64,000 bases of DNA from positions 51,427-115,426 of the forward strand of contig JBJKSB010000079.1 of assembly GCA_046704385.1 (NCBI GenBank), in the 5' to 3' direction. Position numbers and translations under genes: made by a program. This stretch comes from Bacteroidales bacterium. Lineage in GTDB: Bacteria > Bacteroidota > Bacteroidia > Bacteroidales > SZUA-534. Below the pieces are notes generated by a model. That model was not told the origin of the DNA and ran no database searches. It saw nothing but the letters and a program-made list of their open reading frames with translations. This document shows positions 37,943 to 48,264 of this stretch, in pieces. Within the stretch, counting starts at the first letter, position 1, and each line of letters begins with the position of its first letter.

Positions 37943-38674
37943 ATGCTTGCTTTATACAAAAAAGAGTTAGCCGGTTTTTTCAGCACCTTAACAGGATATA
38001 TTGTAATTATTGTCTTTTTAATTGCAACCGGCCTTTTTATGTGGGTAATTCCCGGACAAACCAATGTGCTGGATGCCGGCTATTCCAACCTCGACACTTT
38101 TTTTGTGCTCTCACCATGGGTTTTCATGTTTCTGATACCCGCCATCACCATGCGCCTTTTTACCGATGAAATTAAAAGCGGTACCATCGAATTGCTGATG
38201 ACTCGCCCTGTCTCCGATTTTGCAGTAGTTATGGCAAAATACCTGGGAGCCCTGAGTATCGCTATAATTGCTCTAATACCAACGTTTATCTATTTTGCAT
38301 CTGTTTACTGGTTAGGAAGTCCTGTAGGGAATATGGATATTGGTGGCACCTGGGGTTCGTATATCGGACTGTTTTTAATGGTTTGCCTTTATGCCGCCAT
38401 TGGAACTTTTTCATCGGCAATTACATCGAATCAGATTGTGGCCTTTATAATTGCCGTATTCTTAACATTCATCTTTTTTATTGGATTCGATTCTTTTAGT
38501 ATGATATTTGCCAACACCAAAGCTGAGTTTTATCTGCAGGGCTTAAGCATTAACAGACACTATCAGTCGGTATCACGTGGCGTAATTGATACACGCGACC
38601 TGGTGTACTTTTTTAGCTTAATTGCCATCTTTTTGATCATAACAAAGTTCAAAATTCAAAGCCGCAAATGGTAG
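37943..38674 (+). CDS. gldF: Gliding-motility-associated ABC transporter permease GldF
   Basis: ABC-2-type 6-TM permease of 243 aa, immediately upstream of a GldG-like gene. The family was recognised from architecture and context. Confidence 0.7.
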   Translation: MLALYKKELAGFFSTLTGYIVIIVFLIATGLFMWVIPGQTNVLDAGYSNLDTFFVLSPWVFMFLIPAITMRLFTDEIKSGTIELLMTRPVSDFAVVMAKYLGALSIAIIALIPTFIYFASVYWLGSPVGNMDIGGTWGSYIGLFLMVCLYAAIGTFSSAITSNQIVAFIIAVFLTFIFFIGFDSFSMIFANTKAEFYLQGLSINRHYQSVSRGVIDTRDLVYFFSLIAIFLIITKFKIQSRKW

Positions 38675-38689
38675 TAAAATCATAACATC

Positions 38690-40426
38690 ATGCAACAAAA
38701 GAAATTAAGAAACGATAATATTTTCCAGCTTATAATAACCCTGGCAATAATCGTTTTGCTCACTATTATATCCAACTATTTATTTACCCGTATCGACCTT
38801 ACATCCGATAAACGGTTTACCCTTTCCGACAATACTAAAGAAATGCTTAAGGGTATTGACGATATTGTTTATTTTAAAGTATATCTCGATGGTGATCTTC
38901 CGGCAGGATTTAAACGTCTCCAAAATTCAACAAAAGAAATTCTGGATGAATTCAGGGCTTATGCAAAAGACAATATTCAGTATGAATTTATTGATCCAAC
39001 AGCAAGTCCCGACCGTAAAACACGAGACAATATATTCCACCAGTTGTATCAAAAAGGACTAAATCCTACAAATTTAAAAGTGAGTGAACAGGGTGGCGGA
39101 AATTCCGAAAAGCTAATTTTTCCGGGTATTATCGTTTCGTATCACGGGCAGGAGGTTTCGGTAAATATTCTAAAAAATTACGTTGGAAAGTCGGCCGAAA
39201 GAAACTTAAATGAATCAATTCAGGCCCTGGAATATGAACTTACTTTTGCCATTCATCAGTTAACCACCCGGCATGTTCCGCGGATAGGATTTATTGAAGG
39301 TCATGGCGAGCTCGACACTATTGAAGTTGATGATTTAGCAAAAACGCTTTCACAATATTATTATCTTGCCAGGGTACCAATTGACGGATACCTTTATAGC
39401 TTGCGCGATACCTTAAACCGGAACAAATACGACTTAATTGTAATTGCAAAACCACAGAATAAATTTTCCGAAAATGATAAATTCATTATCGATCAGTACA
39501 TTATGAATGGTGGGAAAGTTCTTTGGATGATCGACGATGTAAATGTCAATATGGACAGCCTCGCCCATTCGCGGTCCACGGTAGGATTGCCCTACGATCT
39601 GAACCTCAACGACATGTTATTTAAGTACGGCATACGCGTTAATCAAACACTGATTCAGGATATACAATGCAACGTAATTCCGGTGAACACTTCCATGGCA
39701 GGCCAGGAACCAAGATTTGCACCTGCTCCGTGGATTTATTTCCCGCTGATTTCGCCTTCGCAAAATAACACCATAACCCGAAATCTCGACATGATAAAAA
39801 CGGAGTTTGTCAATTCGATAGATACTGTAGGCGAAGATCCGGAAATAAAGAAAACAATCCTGCTGACATCGTCGCAGTACAGCCGCTTTGTGACGGCACC
39901 AATACTTATTGACCTGTCGATAATAAACGAAAGACCCGACCCGGCCCGGTTCAATAAATCATTTCTCCCGGTCGGGGTGTTGTTGGAAGGAAAATTCCCA
40001 TCCGTATTTGCCAATCGGATTACCCCGCTCATTAAGAATAATCCTGAATTTGCCTTTAAAGCGAAAAGTGTACCCACTAAAATGATCGTAATTTCTGATG
40101 GTGATATTATCCGAAATGATGTTCAGGGGATGGGCAAAAAACAAGAAGCCATACCGCTGGGTTATGACCGGTTTACCAGGAAAACATTCGGCAATAAGGA
40201 ATTGATACTGAACTGCATCAATTATTTATGCGACATGCAGGGACTTATGGAATCGAGATCGAAAGACTATAAACTCCGACTGCTCGACAGGCCTAAGGTT
40301 ATGGAACACCGGTTAAAGTGGCAAATTATTAACGTGGTTTTACCTGTTGTATTGGTTATCCTTAGCGGATTGATTTTCATCTATTTCAGGAAAAGGAAAT
40401 ATGCTAAAAAACCTACATTAAAATGA
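38690..40426 (+). CDS. gldG: Gliding-motility-associated ABC transporter substrate-binding/auxiliary protein GldG
   Basis: N- and C-terminal TM anchors flank a large periplasmic domain (ABC_transp_aux-like: YFKVYLDGDLPAGFKRL...; VISDGDIIRND). It is adjacent to gldF. Confidence 0.7.
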   Translation: MQQKKLRNDNIFQLIITLAIIVLLTIISNYLFTRIDLTSDKRFTLSDNTKEMLKGIDDIVYFKVYLDGDLPAGFKRLQNSTKEILDEFRAYAKDNIQYEFIDPTASPDRKTRDNIFHQLYQKGLNPTNLKVSEQGGGNSEKLIFPGIIVSYHGQEVSVNILKNYVGKSAERNLNESIQALEYELTFAIHQLTTRHVPRIGFIEGHGELDTIEVDDLAKTLSQYYYLARVPIDGYLYSLRDTLNRNKYDLIVIAKPQNKFSENDKFIIDQYIMNGGKVLWMIDDVNVNMDSLAHSRSTVGLPYDLNLNDMLFKYGIRVNQTLIQDIQCNVIPVNTSMAGQEPRFAPAPWIYFPLISPSQNNTITRNLDMIKTEFVNSIDTVGEDPEIKKTILLTSSQYSRFVTAPILIDLSIINERPDPARFNKSFLPVGVLLEGKFPSVFANRITPLIKNNPEFAFKAKSVPTKMIVISDGDIIRNDVQGMGKKQEAIPLGYDRFTRKTFGNKELILNCINYLCDMQGLMESRSKDYKLRLLDRPKVMEHRLKWQIINVVLPVVLVILSGLIFIYFRKRKYAKKPTLK

Positions 40427-41412
40427 AGAATAAAAAGATTCAGATAATTATACTGTTTGTTTTAATTCTTATTACAGGATATCTGGTTATTACCAACCGG
40501 AAAGGAACCATTAAACCCAAATTGCGCGACTTTGCCATTGAAGACACCGCTTCTGTATCCAAAATATTCATGGCCGACAAAGACACCAACACTATTTTAT
40601 TGGAACGTAAAAAGGGTTACTGGTCGGTAAACACCAACTATGAAGCACGTCAGGACCTGGTCGGCCTTCTGTTAAAAACCCTGTACCGCATGCGGGTGAA
40701 AGAACCCGTAGCAAAGGCAGCCCAGGCAAATATTATTAAAAGCCTGGCCGTAAAATCAGTTAAAGTTGAAATTTACCAAAATAATAGGCTTACAAAAACC
40801 ATGTATGTGGGCGGCCCCACAATGGATTCATACGGAACATATATGATACTTGATAAATCATCAGCCCCGTTTATTATGGAAATTCCGGGTTTCAGAGGAT
40901 ATCTGTCGCCTCGTTTTACCACGCTAATCAATGATTGGCGGTCACAAACCGTTTTCCGTATTCCCATGAATGAAATAAAAAAAGTTACCCTTGAAAATAT
41001 TAAGACCCCGGTTGAATCATTTGCAGTAACTCAAAATAATGAAAGCATTGGTTTAAAGGATTATAAAAACCAGGTAATCACAAGCTTTGATACCATTGAA
41101 GTCAGGAAATTTTTATTGGAATTCCGTCATAAAAATTTTAGTAAATTTATTGAAGATGTACCGGATAAATGGCAGGATTCTATTAAAACCAGTGAGCCTA
41201 TGTACCTGTTAACTATCGAAAAAACCGACGGCAGTTCACAATGGATAAAAGCTTTTAATAAACCCGGTTGGGGCAAAACCGATTTTTTTGGAAAAGAACT
41301 AAAATCCGATCCCGATAATTTTTTTATGCTTACCGACAAAAATGATTTTGTATATGCCCAGTATTTTAGTTTCGATCCGGTGTTCAAAAAAATAAGTGAT
41401 TTTAAAAAATAA
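40423..41412 (+). CDS. DUF4340-domain protein (N-terminally anchored, GldG-associated)
   Basis: A single N-terminal TM and a 4-nt ATGA overlap with gldG. DUF4340 proteins typically follow GldG-type genes (recalled association). Confidence 0.55.
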   Translation: MKNKKIQIIILFVLILITGYLVITNRKGTIKPKLRDFAIEDTASVSKIFMADKDTNTILLERKKGYWSVNTNYEARQDLVGLLLKTLYRMRVKEPVAKAAQANIIKSLAVKSVKVEIYQNNRLTKTMYVGGPTMDSYGTYMILDKSSAPFIMEIPGFRGYLSPRFTTLINDWRSQTVFRIPMNEIKKVTLENIKTPVESFAVTQNNESIGLKDYKNQVITSFDTIEVRKFLLEFRHKNFSKFIEDVPDKWQDSIKTSEPMYLLTIEKTDGSSQWIKAFNKPGWGKTDFFGKELKSDPDNFFMLTDKNDFVYAQYFSFDPVFKKISDFKK

Positions 41413-41452
41413 TATGCCCTATTATCTATTTTTTTAATAATAATATTTTTGA

Positions 41453-41460
41453 TACTTTTG
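41453..41460 (+). promoter_or_regulatory. Candidate -7 promoter element (TAnnTTTG) for dnaN
   Basis: TACTTTTG ends 26 nt upstream of the dnaN ATG. A second overlapping match, TATTTTTG, is at 41444-41451. Confidence 0.4.
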
Positions 41461-41486
41461 GTTACACATATTCTAAATAAATCAAT

Positions 41487-42614
41487 ATGAATTTTATAGT
41501 TTCAAGTTCATCATTATTGCATCACTTACAGGCTGTTAGTCGTGTAATTAGTTCAAAAAATACTTTGCCGATTCTCGATAATTTTCTGTTTCAACTGGCT
41601 GGCAGCGAATTAACTATTACCGCTTCCGATTTGGAAACAACTTTAATTACCAAGGTACAACTCGACAGTGCTACTGACGAGGGCGAAGTTGCCATCGATG
41701 CCAAGCGTTTAACCACTATTTTAAAAGAGTTTCCTGAACAACCCTTAACATTTAATATCGACAAAGATTCCCTTTCAGTTGATATTATTTCAGAAAATGG
41801 TAAGTTTAGCGTAGTCGGTCAAAATGGTTCCGACTTTCCACAACTTCCGGAATTAAAAGGCGGTGTGCATTCTGTATCATTAACCAGCGAGATTTTGAAC
41901 CAGGGGGTTACAAAAACCCTGTTTGCTGCCTCCGACGATGAATTACGTCCGGTTATGACAGGTGTTTACATTCAACTTTCGCCCGATCATATGACATTTG
42001 TAGCATCCGATGCACATAAACTGGTCCGTTATCGCCGTAGTGATGTAAAAGCTGACGAAAGCGCCTCATTTATTCTACCCCAAAAACCGGCTGGATTATT
42101 AAAAAATATTCTTCCTAAAGATGATAGCGCGGTTAACCTTCAGTTTGACGACAAAAATGCTTCTGTGGAATTCCAGGGTTATAAACTGGTTTGCCGATTG
42201 GTTGAAGGTAGTTATCCAAATTATGAAGCTGTTATTCCAAAAGATAACCCAAATGTACTTACTATCGATCGTCTTGATTTTTATAATTCATTGCGCAGGG
42301 TATCGGTATTTTCGAACCAGGCAAGTAACCTCATTAAGTTATCGATGACAGCCAACCAGCTTACCGTATCAGCACAGGATATCGATTTCTCCATTTCAGC
42401 TCATGAAAGAGTTCGCTGCCAGTTTGAAGGCGATGATATGGAAATTGGATTCAAATCACTGTTCCTGATCGAAATTCTTGCCAACCTTGCATCTGCAGAT
42501 GTAGCAATGAATCTCTCAGACCCAACCCGTGCAGGTATTTTGGTTCCCGTTGAAAAAGAAAGCGATAACGAAGATGTTTTAATGCTTTTAATGCCAATGA
42601 TGATTAACGGATAA
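41487..42614 (+). CDS. dnaN: DNA polymerase III beta sliding clamp
   Basis: 375 aa. N-terminus ...LQAVSRVISSKNTLPILDNFLF and C-terminus ...LLMPMMING are typical of DnaN. Confidence 0.9.
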   Translation: MNFIVSSSSLLHHLQAVSRVISSKNTLPILDNFLFQLAGSELTITASDLETTLITKVQLDSATDEGEVAIDAKRLTTILKEFPEQPLTFNIDKDSLSVDIISENGKFSVVGQNGSDFPQLPELKGGVHSVSLTSEILNQGVTKTLFAASDDELRPVMTGVYIQLSPDHMTFVASDAHKLVRYRRSDVKADESASFILPQKPAGLLKNILPKDDSAVNLQFDDKNASVEFQGYKLVCRLVEGSYPNYEAVIPKDNPNVLTIDRLDFYNSLRRVSVFSNQASNLIKLSMTANQLTVSAQDIDFSISAHERVRCQFEGDDMEIGFKSLFLIEILANLASADVAMNLSDPTRAGILVPVEKESDNEDVLMLLMPMMING

Positions 42615-42637
42615 AATAAAAAATTAATAAATAGTTG

Positions 42638-42668
42638 AAAAGGAGCCTTACAGCTCCTTTTTTATTTT
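42638..42668 (+). terminator. Intrinsic terminator of dnaN
   Basis: The stem aaaaggagc/gctcctttt with a 6-nt loop is followed by a T-run (ttttatttt). Confidence 0.85.
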
Positions 42669-42949
42669 AAGTATCGTTGCAATACCGAAATCTTTCACAA
42701 AATTATAAAAAAAGCTCTCATCATTAGAGCTGAAATGAGCTTAACCCATTTTTAGCCACACAAATTAAAAATTCTTTCTTTCTAAAATCAAAACATAAAA
42801 TAGTTGTATATTGTTCATTTAGTGTAAAATACATAATTTTAGATAAAATTACAGCAACTTAAAAAAGAGGAAAGGTGGTATAAATTGTAGTAATCGGCTA
42901 ATATTTATATCTTTATGGCTGGTAAGTCTAACTAAACATTAATTTAACC

Positions 42950-44509
42950 ATGTGGGGAAAAGCGTTAGCTTTATTTTTTTGTGTTTCATTTTTTTATACT
43001 GCATTCGCACAAAATGATATTCAAACTGTTTTGATTGAAAAATACGCTGAAAACAGTTTTAGGGATGGCGATTATGAATTTGCACTGGAAAATTACCTGA
43101 AACTTTATGCGAATGACAAAGAAAATATTGACCTGAATTATAAACTGGGAATTTGTTACACGGAAACCACAATTGATAAAAGCAAAGCAATTCCTTACCT
43201 TGAATTTGTTGTTCAACACAATAATTTTCCTCCAAAATCATACTATTACCTGGGTCGCGCCTACATGTATAATTACCGCTTTACGGTGGCTGTTGATGCC
43301 TTTTACGAATATAAAATGATGGGCGTTGAAGAAGCTACTTTAACCGAAACCGACCGCCTAATCCAGATGTGTTACGATGCCTTGCTAAGGATTAACACGC
43401 CCAGCAATGTTTCTTTTGAATTGCTCGATTCCACCGTCAATTCAAAATATGACGATTTTTATCCTTTTGTAGATGCAAACGGAACAAATCTCGTTTTTGC
43501 ATCAAACAGAACTTATGTTAAAGAATTTGAAGATTATATATCGAACGATTTTTTCAGCGAATATAAAAAAGGATCATGGTCATCGGCCTCTCCACTACCG
43601 GTAAATACATACGATAGAGATGAAATAGTGGGTATGACCCCCGACGGTGAGAAAATTCTGGTATATACCGATGGAGACTATGCCAATAATGATGTAAAAA
43701 TGGTAATCAGAAAAGGATCGAAATTTATTAATGCCGACAAATCGGAGTTACCCACCGATTTAAATACGGATGGTGTAGAAATGGGAGCCTGCCTTTCGCC
43801 TGACGGCAATACCATTTATTTCGCCAGTGACCGGCGTGGCGGACTTGGCGGATTGGATTTATACTGGGCCAAAAAAGATGCCAGCGGTAAGTGGATGCCG
43901 TCAGAAAATTTAGGATTTATAATAAATACCGAATATGATGAGAATTATCCCAGCCTGAGTCCCGATGGCAAAAGGCTGTATTTTGCTTCAAAAGGCCATC
44001 CCGGAATTGGGGAATACGATATTTATGTAACTTCATACATTGACTCCCTAAAGTCATGGACAAATCCCAGGAACCTGGGTTTTCCTATAAATACACCTCT
44101 GGACAATACAACTATATCGTTTGCCGCTGATGGTAAAACCGCATATGTGGCTGCGAACCGAAAAGAAGGTTATGGCAAACTGGATATTTATAAGCTTACA
44201 TTTGGTGATGAAAACAAATCTGTTATCGTCATGGTTACCGTAATGGTTGGGACTGAAAGCAACAGTGTACCTTATTCGGAAGATTTCCTGAAAGCATATG
44301 GAACTTTTTACGACAAGTTCGGCAATATTATAGCCCAACTTCCTGTTGAAACCGATGGTGGATATTTCTTTGGTACCCTGTACCCCGGCACATACAAGCT
44401 TGAAGTAAAATTTGACGGCTACAAAGAAGGGCATACCGAAACCCTGGTTATTGGTGAAGATAAAGTTGGCGGAGATGCTGTTTCATTAACTGTTTATTTA
44501 AAACAATAG
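42950..44509 (+). CDS. Secreted TPR + PD40/TolB-like beta-propeller-repeat protein with a C-terminal CarboxypepD_reg-like domain
   Basis: Signal peptide ...FYTAFAQ, N-terminal TPRs, repeated PD40-like units (SPDGNTIYFASDR..GGLGGLDLYW; SLSPDGKRLYFASKG..GEYDIYV; FAADGKTAYVAANR..GKLDIYK), and a C-terminal beta-sandwich (GTLYPGTYKLEVKFDGYKE). Confidence 0.65.
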   Translation: MWGKALALFFCVSFFYTAFAQNDIQTVLIEKYAENSFRDGDYEFALENYLKLYANDKENIDLNYKLGICYTETTIDKSKAIPYLEFVVQHNNFPPKSYYYLGRAYMYNYRFTVAVDAFYEYKMMGVEEATLTETDRLIQMCYDALLRINTPSNVSFELLDSTVNSKYDDFYPFVDANGTNLVFASNRTYVKEFEDYISNDFFSEYKKGSWSSASPLPVNTYDRDEIVGMTPDGEKILVYTDGDYANNDVKMVIRKGSKFINADKSELPTDLNTDGVEMGACLSPDGNTIYFASDRRGGLGGLDLYWAKKDASGKWMPSENLGFIINTEYDENYPSLSPDGKRLYFASKGHPGIGEYDIYVTSYIDSLKSWTNPRNLGFPINTPLDNTTISFAADGKTAYVAANRKEGYGKLDIYKLTFGDENKSVIVMVTVMVGTESNSVPYSEDFLKAYGTFYDKFGNIIAQLPVETDGGYFFGTLYPGTYKLEVKFDGYKEGHTETLVIGEDKVGGDAVSLTVYLKQ

Positions 44510-44511
44510 CT

Positions 44512-46065
44512 ATGAAAATTTATAATTATTCATTAATCGTGGTATTTTTCTTCGCTACAATTCTTACTGCTTTTGCCCAACAGGAAGATCGTGAAGCCAA
44601 TTTTCATTTTAAATCCGAAAACTATCCGGTAGCGATAAAGCTTTACGAGAAACTTTACGCAAAAGATACCGCCAACAAGGAATATAATTATAAACTGGGA
44701 TATAGTTACTTACAATGCAACAACAATCCACCGGCAGCACTTACACACCTGTTGATAGTTCAGGATGATCATAAAACAGATGCCGAATTTCAGTTTTTGC
44801 TTGGAAGAGCCTACCTGTATAACTATAAATTTGGCAAGGCCAAAACCTGTTTCGATGCTGCTAAAAATCTGGCTGGTAAAGATGAAGACTTAAAAACAAA
44901 TGCCGAAACCTGGCACCAAATGTCTGAAAATGCGGAACGTATGGTAAAATCGCCGCTTGATGTAACATTTGTCAATATGGGCAAATATATAAATACCGAT
45001 ATGGACGAGATCACACCATTTGTAACCCCCGACAATGACATGCTTTTATATACAACCAATAAAAAGTACGACAGCAAATTCTTTATCTATATTAATAACG
45101 TTTATTATTCTATGCACGATAATGGTGTCTTTAAAAAAGGTAAACCGTTGGGTGCCGTTAATTCTGTTGACGATGAATTCATGGCAGGTATTTCCTTGAA
45201 TAATGAAAACATTTATGTACAACTCCAAGGATTTGAGGGATTTCAGGATTTAGTTTGTTCAGAACGTAAATTGAAGGGCTTCAGAGGAAAAGAAGGGCTT
45301 GGCGACAATGTTAACAGTAAATTCGCAGAATTTGCAGCCTGTGAGACGGTAACCGGAGACACCTTGTTTTTTTCCAGCAACCGTGAAGGAGGTATGGGTG
45401 GCATGGATATCTATTACAGTCTGAAATTACCCACGGGTGATTGGGGTATTGCCCGCAACGCCGGTGATAAGATAAACTCCCCCTATGACGATGATTTCCC
45501 GGTACTTTCAACCGATGAAAGCAAGATGTATTTTACTTCGAACCGTCCCGAATCAATGGGTGGCTACGATATATTTGAATGCGATATAAACGAAACAACT
45601 CATGAATTTGGTGAACCCAAAAATATAGGTTATCCCCTCAACAATGTTTTTGATAATAAAACCATTGCATTCTCTGATAATGAAAGATACGCATATGTTT
45701 CAGCCATAAAACCCGATGGGTTCGGTTATAATGATTTATACCAGGTTATCTTTAATCAAAAAGACCCATCGGTTAAAATTTTAATTTTTGATTTCAAAAA
45801 ACAAGAGGGTGAAAACCTTGTACCATTTGCCACTGCAGATACAACATTGAAAATAATGTCATATCAAAAAGGCAAGGTGGAATTTGGTGAATATGCTTAT
45901 GATACCATCAATAGCAGGGCAACCATTGCTTTCCCTCCCGGAACCTATAATGTTGAAATTACTGGTAAAAATATCGAAACCAACGCACAAAAAGTAGTAG
46001 TTCCCGATGAACCCACAGGTAACAAAATCGATAAACAAGAGGTTATACTACAACTGAAAAAATAG
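44512..46065 (+). CDS. Paralogous secreted TPR + PD40-repeat protein (tandem duplicate of 42950-44509)
   Basis: It has the same architecture and shares blocks with its neighbour (YNYKLG; LGRAYLYNYKF; FFSSNREGGMGGMDIYY; YFTSNRPESMGGYDIFE; PPGTYNVEITGKN). The start is 2 nt after the upstream stop. Confidence 0.65.
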   Translation: MKIYNYSLIVVFFFATILTAFAQQEDREANFHFKSENYPVAIKLYEKLYAKDTANKEYNYKLGYSYLQCNNNPPAALTHLLIVQDDHKTDAEFQFLLGRAYLYNYKFGKAKTCFDAAKNLAGKDEDLKTNAETWHQMSENAERMVKSPLDVTFVNMGKYINTDMDEITPFVTPDNDMLLYTTNKKYDSKFFIYINNVYYSMHDNGVFKKGKPLGAVNSVDDEFMAGISLNNENIYVQLQGFEGFQDLVCSERKLKGFRGKEGLGDNVNSKFAEFAACETVTGDTLFFSSNREGGMGGMDIYYSLKLPTGDWGIARNAGDKINSPYDDDFPVLSTDESKMYFTSNRPESMGGYDIFECDINETTHEFGEPKNIGYPLNNVFDNKTIAFSDNERYAYVSAIKPDGFGYNDLYQVIFNQKDPSVKILIFDFKKQEGENLVPFATADTTLKIMSYQKGKVEFGEYAYDTINSRATIAFPPGTYNVEITGKNIETNAQKVVVPDEPTGNKIDKQEVILQLKK

Positions 46066-46096
46066 TTCCCGGGTTTTTTCATCCCACTCACTTTGT

Positions 46097-46104
46097 TACC
46101 TTTG
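46097..46104 (+). promoter_or_regulatory. Candidate -7 promoter element (TAnnTTTG) for the exonuclease gene
   Basis: TACCTTTG ends 17 nt upstream of the ATG at 46122. Confidence 0.35.
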
Positions 46105-46121
46105 TCCAAAAAACAGGAAAT

Positions 46122-46928
46122 ATGGAATTAAACCTGAAAAAACCCATAGTTTTCTTCGATTTGGAGACTACCGGGATCGATATAGTTAACGACAGGATTG
46201 TTGAAATATCGTACCTGAAAGTTTTTCCTGATGGTAAAGAAGAACAGGAAACCCAAAGAATAAATCCAGAAATGCATATCCCGGAAAATGCCTCAGCCAT
46301 ACATGGTATTTTGGATGAAGATGTTAAGGATATGCCCCCGTTTAAGGAATATGCGAAAACCTTTTCAAAAATCCTTGAAGGTTCTGACTTAGGGGGATTT
46401 AATTCAAATAAGTTCGATATCCCGTTGCTGGCCGAAGAGTTTCTGCGGGTGGGCATTGATTTTGATTTTAAAAAACGGAAGTTTATTGATGTACAGGTGA
46501 TTTTTCACAAAATGGAACGACGTACGCTTTCAGCCGCATACAAATTTTATTGTGGCATGGAACTGGAAGGTGCCCATGGTGCCGCTGCGGATACAAAAGC
46601 TACCTACGAAGTTTTAAAAGCACAACTCGACATGTACAAAGGGGCTGATTTTGAAGAACCAGACGGTAAAAAATCACAACCCGTTGTAAATGATATCGAA
46701 GCTTTGTCAAATTTCTCCTCGCATAACCAGAATGTTGACTTTGCTGGTAGAATTATATATGATGATAAAGGTGTTGAGGTATTTAATTTTGGCAAATACA
46801 GAGGTGTTCCGGTTGAAAAAGTTTTTGAAAAGGACCCGGGATATTATGGCTGGATGCTTAACAGTGAGTTCCCATTATATACCAAAAAGGTTCTGACTCA
46901 AATAAAACTTAGAGCTATGCAAAAATAA
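46122..46928 (+). CDS. DEDDh 3'-5' exonuclease (DnaQ/epsilon-like) with a C-terminal extension
   Basis: ExoI FFDLETTG, ExoII SAIHGI...FNSNKFDIPLL, ExoIII HGAAADTKATYEVL. Confidence 0.8.
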   Translation: MELNLKKPIVFFDLETTGIDIVNDRIVEISYLKVFPDGKEEQETQRINPEMHIPENASAIHGILDEDVKDMPPFKEYAKTFSKILEGSDLGGFNSNKFDIPLLAEEFLRVGIDFDFKKRKFIDVQVIFHKMERRTLSAAYKFYCGMELEGAHGAAADTKATYEVLKAQLDMYKGADFEEPDGKKSQPVVNDIEALSNFSSHNQNVDFAGRIIYDDKGVEVFNFGKYRGVPVEKVFEKDPGYYGWMLNSEFPLYTKKVLTQIKLRAMQK

Positions 46929-46990
46929 CAGCTCAAACCTGCAGGTTTAATTATATTTATTCATTACTCAATTTTTTCTAAGTAAAATAT

Positions 46991-47602
46991 ATGAAAATAA
47001 TAGCTATTGGCCGCAATTATAGCGAACACGCAAAAGAGCTAAATAACCCGGTTCCTGATGAACCTGTTATTTTTTTGATGCCCGAAACGGCCCTTTTACA
47101 AAAAAATCAACCATTTTTTTACCCTGATTTTTCACAAGATGTTCATTACGAAGTAGAACTGGTGGTTAAAATTAACAAACTGGGTAAAAATATTGCCGAG
47201 AAATTTGCGCACCGGTACTATGATGAAATTGGAATAGGTATCGATTTTACTGCCCGTGATGTACAAAGTAAACTCAAGAGCAAAGGTCTTCCCTGGGAAA
47301 AAGCAAAAGCATTCGATGGCGCAGCACCTATAGGTCGGTTCGTGGCAAAAAATGAATTACCTGACACAGGAAATATCTCATTCAGCCTTGAAAAAAATGG
47401 CGAGATTATGCAACAGGGCAATTCAGGCGATATGATACATTCTATTGATGCTATTATTGCTCATGTATCACAATATTTTACGCTTAAAATTGGCGATTTA
47501 ATATTTACCGGTACGCCGGCAGGTGTTGGGCCTGTAAAAATTGGGGACGAACTCGTAGCAAAAATTGAGGGAAATGAATTATTAACAGTTCAGGTTAAAT
47601 AA
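46991..47602 (+). CDS. Fumarylacetoacetate hydrolase (FAH) family protein
   Basis: 203 aa: IIAIGRNYSEHAKE...YEVELVVKI...GIDFTARD...PWEKAKAFDG...GDLIFTGTPAGVG. Confidence 0.85.
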   Translation: MKIIAIGRNYSEHAKELNNPVPDEPVIFLMPETALLQKNQPFFYPDFSQDVHYEVELVVKINKLGKNIAEKFAHRYYDEIGIGIDFTARDVQSKLKSKGLPWEKAKAFDGAAPIGRFVAKNELPDTGNISFSLEKNGEIMQQGNSGDMIHSIDAIIAHVSQYFTLKIGDLIFTGTPAGVGPVKIGDELVAKIEGNELLTVQVK

Positions 47603-47787
47603 TATGTTGTAAGTTTAAGTTAACCGTAGTTGCCAAGGTTTTACCCGTAGGTTGAAAAAGCTTAATTTTTAATTGAAACAGTTCTGTCAATAAAATCACC
47701 CTAACAATCAAAATAAAAATACATTAATTGTTTTACATATAATTATTACGCATATTTGAACCTTGAATGTTTTATTAGCAAATTGAA

Positions 47788-48261
47788 ATGAAACGTGCGA
47801 TATTTTTAATTATAGCTTTTATAGGGTTTATATCCTGTAATACCCAAAAAAAAGCCGCCAGTACAACTCCTGATGAAACTACAAAACTCGTAGTTTCATA
47901 TGACCAGACTCCCGGAATGAGTAAAGAAACCCCTGAATATACCATTGAACTTTATTCAAACCGACAAATGTATTTAACTGCGAAAAAAAATCTTGATAAG
48001 GAGGGTAAATACCTCCGGACTTTAACTCAAAATGAATACAATCAGATAATTACTGCCTTTAATAATGCAAATTTTTTCAAGTTCCAGGATGAATATACTT
48101 CACCTTCGACTGACCTCCCCACCCGATATTTATTCTTTTCAAACAATGGAAAAGAAAAAAAAGTTAAAGATTATGATGGGGCACCCGATCAGTTAAAAGA
48201 GCTGGAACTTTTAATTCAATCATTTCTCGACAGGGTAGGCTGGGAAAAAATGTCGTGGTAA
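47788..48261 (+). CDS. Hypothetical lipoprotein (DUF6438-like pattern)
   Basis: Lipobox FIGFISCN. The block ANFFKFQDEYTSPSTDLPTRYLFF...VKDYDGAPDQLKELE resembles DUF6438 proteins as I recall them (unverified). Confidence 0.45.
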   Translation: MKRAIFLIIAFIGFISCNTQKKAASTTPDETTKLVVSYDQTPGMSKETPEYTIELYSNRQMYLTAKKNLDKEGKYLRTLTQNEYNQIITAFNNANFFKFQDEYTSPSTDLPTRYLFFSNNGKEKKVKDYDGAPDQLKELELLIQSFLDRVGWEKMSW

Positions 48262-48264
48262 CTC

